A stretch of DNA of 64,000 nt, from assembly GCA_964199315.1 (NCBI GenBank), contig OZ116707.1, positions 4,836,001-4,900,000 of the forward strand, in the 5' to 3' direction. Under the pieces are notes generated by a model, which did no database searches, was not told the origin of the DNA, and was given only the letters and a program-made list of their open reading frames with translations. The first letter of the stretch is position 1, and each line of letters begins with the position of its first letter. Of this stretch, positions 26,733 through 36,945 are shown piece after piece. The stretch is from Orbicella franksi. Its lineage: Eukaryota. Made by a program: the position numbers and the translations under genes.

Positions 26733-28018
26733 TTGCACTCGTTTTTGATCTATTACATCTCAATTTAGAACATATCAGACTTTGTGTTTAATTTTTGGAC
26801 AATGGCACACCGTTTATGGGCATTTTTTATTGTTTGCAGCTTGAAAGGCGCTATTGTTTCTAGAACAAAGAACCGACTCTCAGCCAATTTCTGAGCGCGA
26901 GATTCAAAATCTTCGCTGACGACCAGATGCTGACAATATCACCCTTCTCGTGGTGGGGTAGGGGAAATGTCGCTCAGTACAGCGACATTTTTCCGGGGTA
27001 CGGAAGGGAAAATTTGTTACATGAAGCGCGGGCTGTAGAAGTTATTTCTTTCTTGTTGCAAACCGGCGAACGCCAACGTTCAGAAACGCACGCTTAAATT
27101 GCCAGGGTGTGTATTTTAAAATACAAATGAAAAAGCGAAAAATAAACTGCAAGTAAAACCCAGTCATCGGCAAAGAAAAGTGAAGCGAAGAAATAAGCCT
27201 TTTTTTCTGGTCTGTTTAATGCTCTGCAATAGGCCAGCCGCTAGTAAGCCAAACACGCTGCGTGGAAAGTAGCCTACTTGCAGCGACGAACTGCCGTAGT
27301 TTCCGCCACTATCAATTATGTTCGAAATATCAGTAAACTCTTGGGAGGGTTAAATTGTCATGATAAAATTATTGAATGTCTTTAAGTATAAGAAAACAAA
27401 AGCGCCTTTCGTGTTATTTAAAAACACAATTGCGCTATTAGTGCTGTTACTCCCCCAATTCAAACTAATCGATTTTTACTCTTTCCAAACATATTAAAGT
27501 TTATAATTAGTCAATCTAAGAAATGGTGACAGGATTCTTGGGGAATTTAGTTACCAAACACTTTCATTGCATTAGTTCCACTAAAGTATTCATAACTTGA
27601 ACGCTTTCGTGGCTAGTTGTGTATTGTTTTATCGTCTTTGTCTCTTAATCGTCAACAAACCATTAATTGACAAAAACTTTACTTTCCATGTAGAAGCGCG
27701 TGCCGCTAACCATTATCAGGTCTTGTGCACAACATGAATAAAGTTCTAATGAAGACCTCTATTCAGCTTGTTCTCCGAATTGGTTATTTAAAAAAGTTAC
27801 CGGCGTATAACATGTTTTGAGTGCAGCTGAGCGTCTTTGAAATTCGCGCTTAGTTGACACCATTGTTTTCTTGTTGTCATGAATGGTCATTGAGTTCTAG
27901 TTATTCTAATGAGGTAAATGGTTATAGAGACGCGTGCTTGACAACAATCATTTCGCTATTGTCACTTGACAACAACCATTTTGCTCGTGTTTAGATCGTC
28001 GAAAAAGTTTTCTAGGCA

Positions 28019-31000
28019 ATGTTTTCCAAGTTTAAGATAGAGAAGGCGCCAAACGTCCTCTACAAACGCGGACCGAGGCATTTTGAGGTAGAGCAGTCTG
28101 CTATCTCTTTGCCACTCCTTGAGGCGTACGACCAGCATATTCGCCAACTGCAGGCTGACGTTCAGCAGCTACGAGCCGAAAATAATGGCCAGGCGGTGGA
28201 ATTGGCAGGGAGAAGAGCGGAGAATTTCCAGCTTCGCCAGGAACTTCAGCTTCTAAGACAGGAAGTTGACCAAAGTCGCCTTGCAGTTGACCCTGTAAAG
28301 AACACAGTAAAATTTAACGTCAGCCGCAAAAGCTTTTGGGACGTGGACAGGGCTGCGCGGTCTTTGAAGAGAAAAAAAATCGGAGCCTTCCTCCGAAATG
28401 CTGTAGAGATTTTACCAGCAGAATTTAAACCAATCGAGGTACGTATCATTTCGAAAATTTATTGGTAATTACTCAGTGTTACATTCACCTGTCGCTGTTT
28501 ATTCCTTTCACGCTATAACCAAAGATTCTTAGTGAGCGCGTCTGAAATAAAACTTTTTATGCAGGCGATACCACGTGAAGACAAAACAGCTTGGTTACTA
28601 TTTTTTGCCAGAGTTTACTGCAATTATTTACCTCTGATTTAAAACTCAAATATATTTTCTTTGCTTTTAATTCGCTTTGCGGCAAATTGTTCTTATGAAG
28701 AAGCTACGTAGCCATATGATGAGATATGATGCCATCGCTGTACAAGCTGAAAGGGTGACGTATGTAGTGTGCCCACGGTATATCGATAACTTTCAGCGGG
28801 CTTTGAGCTGAAACCGCTGAAAAAAAGATGGCTGACAACATGGCGGCTAATTACACGCAGTTGCTGTTTCGTTGCTGTTGTTTACACGTTTATATTCCTA
28901 ACATTTAATCCTCATTGCCGCATCTGTTTCCTTCTTGCCGACCTCAGAGTCATTTATTTTGCGATTTTTTGTTGATTAACGTAGTTTACCTGATTTTACT
29001 CGTGCAGACGAACGTAAGCGTAGTTATTAAGATGCTCTGTTTATTTTTTCACACAGGTTAAATTTTATGTTAGCGGCCGTGAACTTGTAATCCCACTATC
29101 TGACAACCAACATGACGGCGATGATGACGAGGGCTACGCTCACGAAGTCGTACAAAGGATCTTGGCGGCGAAGGATGAAGGACTTGTAAGTGACAAAGCC
29201 TTCCACGAACTCAGGATGGCGCTCCCTGAAAAAGTTAGAAGTCACGTCCCGCCACTGTCCGCAGTCAAACAGGAAAGGAAGTCCCAAAACAAGGAGATCC
29301 AAGTAATTCAAATCCCGGAGGTAAATTAATTATTAGAGAACACGACCATTCATATCCCATTTATATTTGGCATTTGCTGATGAGCAACCTTATCATCAAA
29401 AGTCTTTAATAATCATCTTTGATAATCATAATTATTATGACCATCCATGGCTCTTGTTGGCCTTTCTATGTTTGTTTTTAGTGTTTTTACCGTTTTAAGC
29501 TGTCAATTTGATATTTCTGTTTATTTAATGACAATTTGGTCAGTGCTGAAATTGCCTTAAATTGTGTGATCTGGTTCCTTGAACTAATATATTAGAGTAA
29601 GTTTATTTTGATTTGTAGTGTTCAATACGTGTGCGACTGTGGCAAGCATAATAATTTGCAATTTATTTTTTTTTGGTCATAAATAATTGCAGGCCAAACA
29701 AGCTGATGGTGCCCGGAGGAGTATTCGTGATGTTTTGCAGTATTTAGTCGCAATACCGGAAGTTAAGGATGCCATCAAAAAAGATGGTTCCAAAATTAAA
29801 CTCCGATTCGCAGCTGATGGGAGGAGGACAAGCAAAAGGATTGGCACAGTTATGGCTGTGTTCAACATTCTGTGTGAAAATAAAGCTACTTACGAATACC
29901 AGTATACTCTGGCACTCTACAATGGTAAGTGCAGAGATTTTAATATCTTAACATTTTAATTCCTGTCGCATAGATGCCAAGCTTCAATACCAGGTTTCTC
30001 TTTAAGGGGTGGTAAATGGTCTCTGAAACAAATATGTCTCACGAGAGTTTAGTCAAATCTTAGTCTCCCATAGAAAAACACCTTGTCTTGCTCTCTAGTT
30101 AAGTCTGCATTTACCATTTGCAAACCCTTTGCCTTCATATGCAAAGCCTTCAAACACATTTAACCAAGAGTCATTATATTAATTAAAAAAAAACAGTTCC
30201 CAATCTTTCTTGTTAATTTTGCTTTGGTGCTCAAAATATGTCACAGTCAGTGAATCATGCCTATTACCATTCCATAGGTAAAGAAGACTATGAAGAATTG
30301 AAAGCTTGCCTTGGGCAGACCTTCCAAGAAATCGATGATTTGAAAGCAGAAGGAATATCAATTGATGGCGAACACTTTGATGTTGAGTGGTGAGTGTTGT
30401 CTTTTCTCTAAGATTAACTGATCACTCCTTTCTCTTTAAAAGCCTCAGATGAATAAGTCCTAAATCATGTTTTCATATTGGCTTGACAATGCCGATTGCT
30501 GACTTAAACACAGACATTTAAAATCAGCTTCATGCATTCTAAACATAAACAAAACACCTCAGATACTAACAAATAATGACCTTAAAGGTGTTTACTGGTT
30601 AATTTACGTTTAATAATTTGTTTATTAACAGGTATTGTTGTTCCGACTGGAAGTTTCTGGCTCTTGTTTATGGACTAAATGGAGCTAGCTCCAAATACTT
30701 TTGTATTTGGTGTTATTGCTGCAAGGATCAAATCAACAACCTTGATAGTAAGTAGGGAGAATTTCTTTTTGACATTTTGTATTTTAATTTCATATGCATC
30801 ATCACAGAGCCAACAACAAGCAAGGCGATAATAGAAATATAGAAGTACTAGTAGACTGACTAAATATTCTCTAACAACATACAAAAAATGCACATCTACA
30901 TTCAGACAGTCTATATCAGAATCTAATTATATTATGTGAATCTTTTTCCAGTTGATGAGTGGCCAATTGAGAGAAAGCTGTCAGAGTGCACTGGGTTGTG

Positions 31001-33360
31001 CCAGCGCTCCACCACTGCTGCAAGGAAAGGATGCAAAATGCCTCCTCTTCTTAACATCCCTTTTGAGTTTGTTGTGGTGGACACATTACATTTATTTTTA
31101 AGAATAATGGGACTGCTATTCCATCAGGTGAGCCTACAAGTATCATATAGTATATAGAGAAATGCCATTTTCTTATGCGCATTTTGAATTTTGGAGTTAC
31201 GGCGGTGCGTGACATGAAGCCAAGATCGCTTTAGCCATTTTAGGAGTTAAAGTATTAGGAAAAGTGTTTTTGTAAATATTTTTTGGTTCGGTTCTGATAA
31301 TCAGTCGTCCGAGAGCCAAAGTAAGTTCCAGATGTTAACACTATTTTCCGGCCGCCATATTGGAGGAGTAAGGAGGTCCTCCAACATGGCGGCTCCATAC
31401 TAGGCTCTATAATTTTGCGCAGAACATTTCGACGAATAGCTCAACTTTGGGACAGCGCACACCCCTTAAACTTGGTGAACTGCCTTCTTTATTTATCGTC
31501 TATAATATTACAATTTCTTGACTTTATCCACTGAATGGTTTTCGATTTTATTTTTTATTACACGACAATGCACACACTCCATTACCTCTACATAAAACAT
31601 ATATCAAATGAATGAGAAAACAGACACTTATTAATTTTGTGTTGTTTATTGTCTCAATATAGGTTGTTGAGGTTGTTATCAACAACGATTGCCCAGACAT
31701 TCTTACAGAAGAAATGGAGAGAATTCAAGTGGAATTCAAATTTTTTGAAGAATATAACCAACTCGCAGAAAAAGTAGAAACAAAGTGGACAAGTCTAAAT
31801 GGTAATAAGTTAACAATATATCTACATGATGTAATGTATATGAAATGATATATCTACATTTGTTAATAACATAGTTGGCATGGCTACACAATCAAATTCA
31901 GTATGCATTTATAACCTATGATTTCCTGAGCAAGTCTTATGCGCTCCAAACTTATCACTAGCCACAAGACTAAGAAGTTAAAAATTTAAACCCTGTTTTT
32001 TATTCATAATTCTAAATATTTATATTTTCTTTGAACATCAGGAAAAGAATTGCAAAACGTTTTGGAGAAACTGAACATTAAAAATGTTATGGAAGCTGTG
32101 GGTACCGAAGATGCAGAGGGCATAGATGATTTGTGGAATGTAAGTTGCTTGCAAGCACAAGCTCTATCCACCTTTTGCTATTGACTTCTTTGGAATTAAG
32201 CTGCAAATATCAGGCATCAGTTTTATTGAACAATTCCCCAACTATCCAAAAACACTTTGGAGAAAAGGCAGAAAATTTTTATTTTTCTGTCAAGTGGCAG
32301 CCCTTTTTTAGTACAGACAATTAATAATGATGTTTAATTGTTATCTGCATTTGCTTTTTGTTGTAGGGTTTTAAGACTTTGATGCGGGCACTGCAGGTTC
32401 AAGAAAATGATCCTGACTACCTTCAGCCTCAGAGCTTTAAGAAACATGTGCGGGAGTGGGGAAAGCTCTTTCTTGAAATTTACTATGATGACGACATCAC
32501 CCCCTACATTCACAGTACGTCAACAAAAATTATCCTCTTAACAAATGTCTTTCTGGATGGAAGTAATGATGATGAAATTAAATAATAATTTCACAATGCA
32601 TCTAGTTTTTATTATTAGCAGATAGATAGGCCTGAAAGTGATTGTACTTATATAAGTAGGTAGCTTCTAAGTGAAACTTTGTGGTATAAAAATAAATTTA
32701 GTATTTTTTTTTCAGCATTTGTATATCATGTACCACAGTTTCTGGAGATGCATGGTACTTTGATGCAGTTTAATTGCCAGCCTGTGGAAAAAAAGAACCA
32801 TTGGCAATCCCAGGCATTCCATCGTGGATCACAAAAAGGAGGAAAAAACTCAAAATACACAGTTCAGGTAGGCAAAGCATTTAACGTTATCTACCTGTAA
32901 CAAAATTCTTGGTTTGTAAATATAAATTTCGACATTTTTTCCATAAAAGAGTCTCTTGATGTCCTCCTACTCTAAAAAAATTGCTATCTATTGATACTAT
33001 AAATGTTTGCGATAGGATTAATCGTTGTAGAATTCATCTTGTAATTTCAAAATACTTGCATGATTACTCCCTGAATTTTACTTGACTCAGTATTATAACC
33101 ATCACAAATTACAAGGGATAAATAACTTATAAGCTGCTACATTTTTAAATCAAAACAATAAGTGTTGTCTTTTCTTAAAGGTCATGGAACAAGAAAACAG
33201 GATGATGTTTGCCCGATGCCACAACCTCAAAAGAAAACGGAGAAGTTACGTGAAGTCGAACGTGCCTGCCAGTCCAGACAGCTCAGATGAAGAAGAAGCC
33301 CCTGACAGCCAGATAGGGAGCATGCATGTTTACAACCACCACGAAGAACAAGAGGGCTGA
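28019..33360 (+). CDS. Intact 11-exon RAG1/Transib-clan DDE transposase, about 678 aa
   Basis: Exons 28019-28438, 29057-29320, 29693-29924, 30278-30389, 30632-30747, 30952-31127, 31663-31801, 32042-32139, 32367-32514, 32716-32867 and 33181-33360. All introns are GT-AG and phase-consistent, totalling 2037 bp with no internal stop. Motifs RFAADG, CCSDWKFLA, YFCIWC, VVDTLHLFLRI, WTSLNG, ITPYIHTFVYHVP and QPVEKKNH. An additional 5' exon is possible. Confidence 0.88.
31285..31572. repeat. Interspersed repeat inserted in intron 6 of the RAG1-like gene; ends approximate
   Basis: GC-rich hairpin GCCGCCATATTGGAGGA (31351-31367) / TCCTCCAACATGGCGGC (31377-31393) inside an otherwise AT-rich intron. Confidence 0.5.
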
Positions 33361-33552
33361 AGTTCACATTACAGAACTTGTCCAAAAAACAAAAACGGCT
33401 CCTTTAGGAGCCACCAAATTTGCAAAAGCAATGACCACACAAAGTTTATTTAATCCCTGTTATATTATTTTCTTAGTAATAAAAAATAAATAATATTTAC
33501 AAAGAAAAATTATAGTAATAACATATACTAATTACATTAAAATTAACTGTCA

Positions 33553-36217
33553 CTAAAAAAAATTTTTAACCACAAGTTTGATTTTTTTCCAGCACACAGG
33601 GCATCTTTTTCTTTCATTTTTTAATTTTGTTGCACATTCAAAGCAACAAACTTGATGCCCTGTGTCGCCATGAATAAAACTTGCATTCCGTGGTCTGGTT
33701 ACACAGACCACGCAAAGGTCGGTCAGGACACCTCCTCCCAGTTCCTCCTCGTCTTCTTCCTCCTCCTCCTCTTCCTCCTCCTCCTCATCGTCAGCGTCTT
33801 CGTCTTCTTCCTCCTCATTATCGTCATCATCCTCCTCATCTTCCTCATTCTCTTCATTTTCTTCCCACTGCTCCCACTCCTCCCACTCCTCTTCGCTCCA
33901 AACGGCCTCTCCCTCTTCCTCCTCATCCACCTCCTCTGCTCTCTCGTCATTTTCTCTGGGCAACACTTCTGAAAATGTAAAAATATGTTTGTCACCTATC
34001 AACAGTATAAAAATTTTGTTGGTTAATTGCCTTGATCCTGAACTTTGTTATTAAATATGATTTAGATACAATGACAAGTGGTTGCTAACTCACCATCTAA
34101 AAAGAAGAGGTCATCTTCGGAATCCGAGATGACCTCGGTAACAGCTGAATGGTAATTGCGGTCAGGGTCTTCAGAGTCAGGGTCTTCAGAGTCAGGGTCT
34201 TCCGAGTCAGGGTTTTCCTCTGTGGTGATGGGGCCACCAATGAACCCACAGCCCCATTTTAATTGTTCTAAATAAAATAATTGAAAAAAGTAGTATGTTA
34301 AATGGAATACTCAAATTTCTTCTTTTTTTAAACTGTTCAAACTCCACCTTGAAAAGTAATATTTACCATGTGAATCCCTTTTTCTCTTAACTCCTGTGAA
34401 TTTAGAAATAATTTGATAAATTATAAAATCTTATCAATTACCATGTCAAATTTTCAACATTATTATATGCCATTTACTTAGGGCATAGAGTAGTAGTTTA
34501 CCTTGACCCACTCCACCTAGTCCAGAGCTTCCTGGAACTGGAAATATCTCACTAATAAAATAAGATAAAAAGAAATGTCAGTGATGAGTTTGGACAATTC
34601 CAGAAACTAAATTGGAGAGGAATGGAAGGGCTTGACTTGACTTTTTTTTCTTTTTCTTCTGACAATGTGAGAATCATTTCACCAGGTCTGAGAGCAAGAA
34701 GCAGTCCATTTAATAAATTGTTGTCAGCGCGAGTGTAACACGAGTAGAGTATTTTGATATCCTGAATTTGGTCATATATATTTTTGGCATTAGATTTCCA
34801 TAGCATGCTAAACCGATGAGATTTATAGTGCAGCATTCTTATCCATCAGTGTGATATCTATTTGAGGTGTATTTTGTGGTCCGTCGCTCAACAGGCACTT
34901 CAAAATCTACACTAATACTTTCTGTTGTTGTGTGTAATCCGTCAAGTTGGAAACGGCAGCTATTTCATCGAGAATAAATTTAGCTCATTTCACTGAACCA
35001 CCGGCGGATTTATGAGCTTTTACTGTGAGCTTTGATGTGCTGTTTGACTAAGAAATACTTTCGCGTTTGCAAACGGAGATAGGTCGCAGGCAGAAGTACT
35101 TAATACGGATGCATTAACTTCTCACTTACCAAGCCTCGTGCCCTGCTTCCTCCATGATTGATGAATAGACCACGCTTTTGACAGTGCCAACTGGCATCGG
35201 TGTCAAATTACCAGGCTAGTTCAAAAGGGCGACTGGGTTAAAGGTCACTGAATAAAGCCCATTTTAGTATGATTATTTCAGTGATACCAACCCCGGGGAT
35301 GCACGCGACTAGCGCGATCTAAAAAGTGAGACGTATGGAGCTTTCCGTTCAAATCGAGGTGGATTGAATGCTGAGCTTTTTTTTAAGGCAAATAATTTAA
35401 TGAATACAAAAAAGGACCAGAAAAGAGAAATAGAAAAGTATCACACACTCGAGTTGGTCAATGCTTTCTTATATTTGGTGGCTCCTAAAGGAGCCGTTTG
35501 TTTAAGTGACTACCCAGCGGTAGGTCACTGTTGTTCACTTGGCGACTGATCTTGGCTTCGCCCAGGTTAGTCTCGTGCGCTCCTTGGGCTTCCGCTCGGC
35601 TTGCTTGTTCCGCTCACGGTAGAATGAGACCTTTAAAAGAGTTGAACCGAACACTACTTTCCGTACCACGTCTTTGCAAGCGACGGGGGCTCCATTCCCG
35701 CCTTGACAGCGCAAACACCCCGAATGATCAAAAAACACTTTTTTACGCTCTAAGAGAGCAATCTCGACAGGCTTGCCGGGCTGCAACCGACAAGTCGTAG
35801 AGGTTTTAAAAGTGTTTAGTGACCATCCGGCAGGCATTATGGCGCAAGCTCGTGAATGGGCACAGAAAACTTCATCGCTCGCAAGAGATTTGGCACGGAA
35901 GGAAGTCCACCGAACAACTCTTTAAAGGTCTCGGCATCCATCGGCATGGTAACGGACGCACGTCTCACGATGCTGGTTGTTGGTGGTTTCTTCATGTTCA
36001 GCTTCTCTGCAACTAACACAGCCAAGGTCTGCAGCAAGCCTGGAGTTCCTTGGTGGCATGTCCTAAAGACTTGTTTTAGGCGCTCGTTTGTATCGGCTTC
36101 ATCCACCCAGCTATCGTTCTTCTTTCCATAGCCACGCCAGCGAACAAGATACTGAACACGACCGTGAGCGTCCGTGCGCTTATCGAGCACTTTCGACACT
36201 TCATAAAACTTACTCAT
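33553..36217 (-). pseudogene. Chromodomain + unknown domain + acidic tract + MDM2-type RING gene, lightly damaged
   Basis: Exon 1 36217-35618 (MSKFYEVSKVLDKR...QYLVRWRGYGKKNDSWV, 1-bp frameshift near 35843). Exon 2 35247-35130 (in-frame TAG 35218-35216). One or two unresolved exons at 34959-34680. Phase-1 exons 34537-34502, 34393-34367, 34267-34094 and 33968-33553, the last with poly-E/D and CVVC...HGDTGHQVCCFEC...CPVC. Confidence 0.75.
34161..34219 (-). repeat. 15-bp coding tandem repeat x4 (DPDSE)
   Basis: TCAGGGTCTTCAGAG units on the + strand, read as ENPDSEDPDSEDPDSEDPD on the minus strand. Confidence 0.85.
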
Positions 36218-36530
36218 TTTCCTTAGCTCTTCTCTCAATCAGGGATTGTCTAAAGTGATTATGGCTTGCGTTTACGAGGCTATTTATGCAAGTATCATTG
36301 ATAAAATTTGAGCTTTTCAACTGCAGAACAATACCCCAAATTAGTGAATGGCCCGCCTTCGTTTATATTTGAGCGGCGTCGCGTGGGCAGAAACAAATCG
36401 GCGACAAACATGAGCGCGTGCGAGGTAGGGAGTCGTCACGAAAAAAGGAATAAGGAATAAAAAAACAACGGTTTGCCCAAGCAATTCCAAACAAGTCACA
36501 CTATTTTTTTTTCGCTCACCTAATGCGACA

Positions 36531-36945
36531 ATAAAGATTTTTGTTTGAGAATTTTTGGCTAACCGGAGAATAAAATTACTGAAACGGAAAAAGGTGCGAA
36601 AATCGCACCTTTTGTCTTGTCTTCAACAACGATATTTACTTGCTTCAATAGGCCAAAAAACAAAAATCGAGCGTTGTGTCTTCACTGTATTCTTTTCTCT
36701 TCTGAGTTTTGAGTTTCTGAGTTTTCTGAGACCAAAAAAGAAAAATCGAGCGGTGATGATAAAGATTTTTGTTTCAGAATTTTTGGCCAACCGGAGAAAA
36801 AAATCACTGAAACGGAAAAAGGTGCGAAATCGCACGTTTTGTTTTGCCTTCAACAACGATGTTTACTTGCTTCAATAGACCAGAAAACAAAAATCAAGCG
36901 GTGTGTCTTCACTGTATTGTTTTTTTCTTTTCTGAGTTTTTTTTA
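36531..36945 (+). repeat. 228-bp diverged tandem duplication
   Basis: ATAAAGATTTTTGTTT...ACTGAAACGGAAAAAGGTGCGAAA...TCTTCACTGTATT starts at 36531 and again at 36759. Confidence 0.9.

Larger units (their letters stand above)
24855..26760 (-). mobile_element. Crypton-type tyrosine recombinase transposon; boundaries approximate
   Basis: Contains the YR gene below. A long imperfect palindrome lies upstream (26630-26732) and overlapping short hairpins lie downstream (24883-24919). No TIR or TSD seen, as expected for Cryptons. Confidence 0.65.

Noticed and set aside
33652-33995. Leu-, Pro- and Arg-rich ORFs overlapping the acidic tract
   Set aside because: They are alternative-frame and antisense readings of the GAG/GAA/GAC-rich exon.
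33553-36217. Calling the partner gene RAG2 or MDM2
   Set aside because: No kelch repeats or PHD finger for RAG2, and no SWIB domain for MDM2. Only the RING resembles MDM2.
36535-36920. RSS-like words (ACAAAAATC, CACTGTA) near the RAG1-like unit
   Set aside because: Order, orientation and spacing do not fit heptamer-12/23-nonamer.
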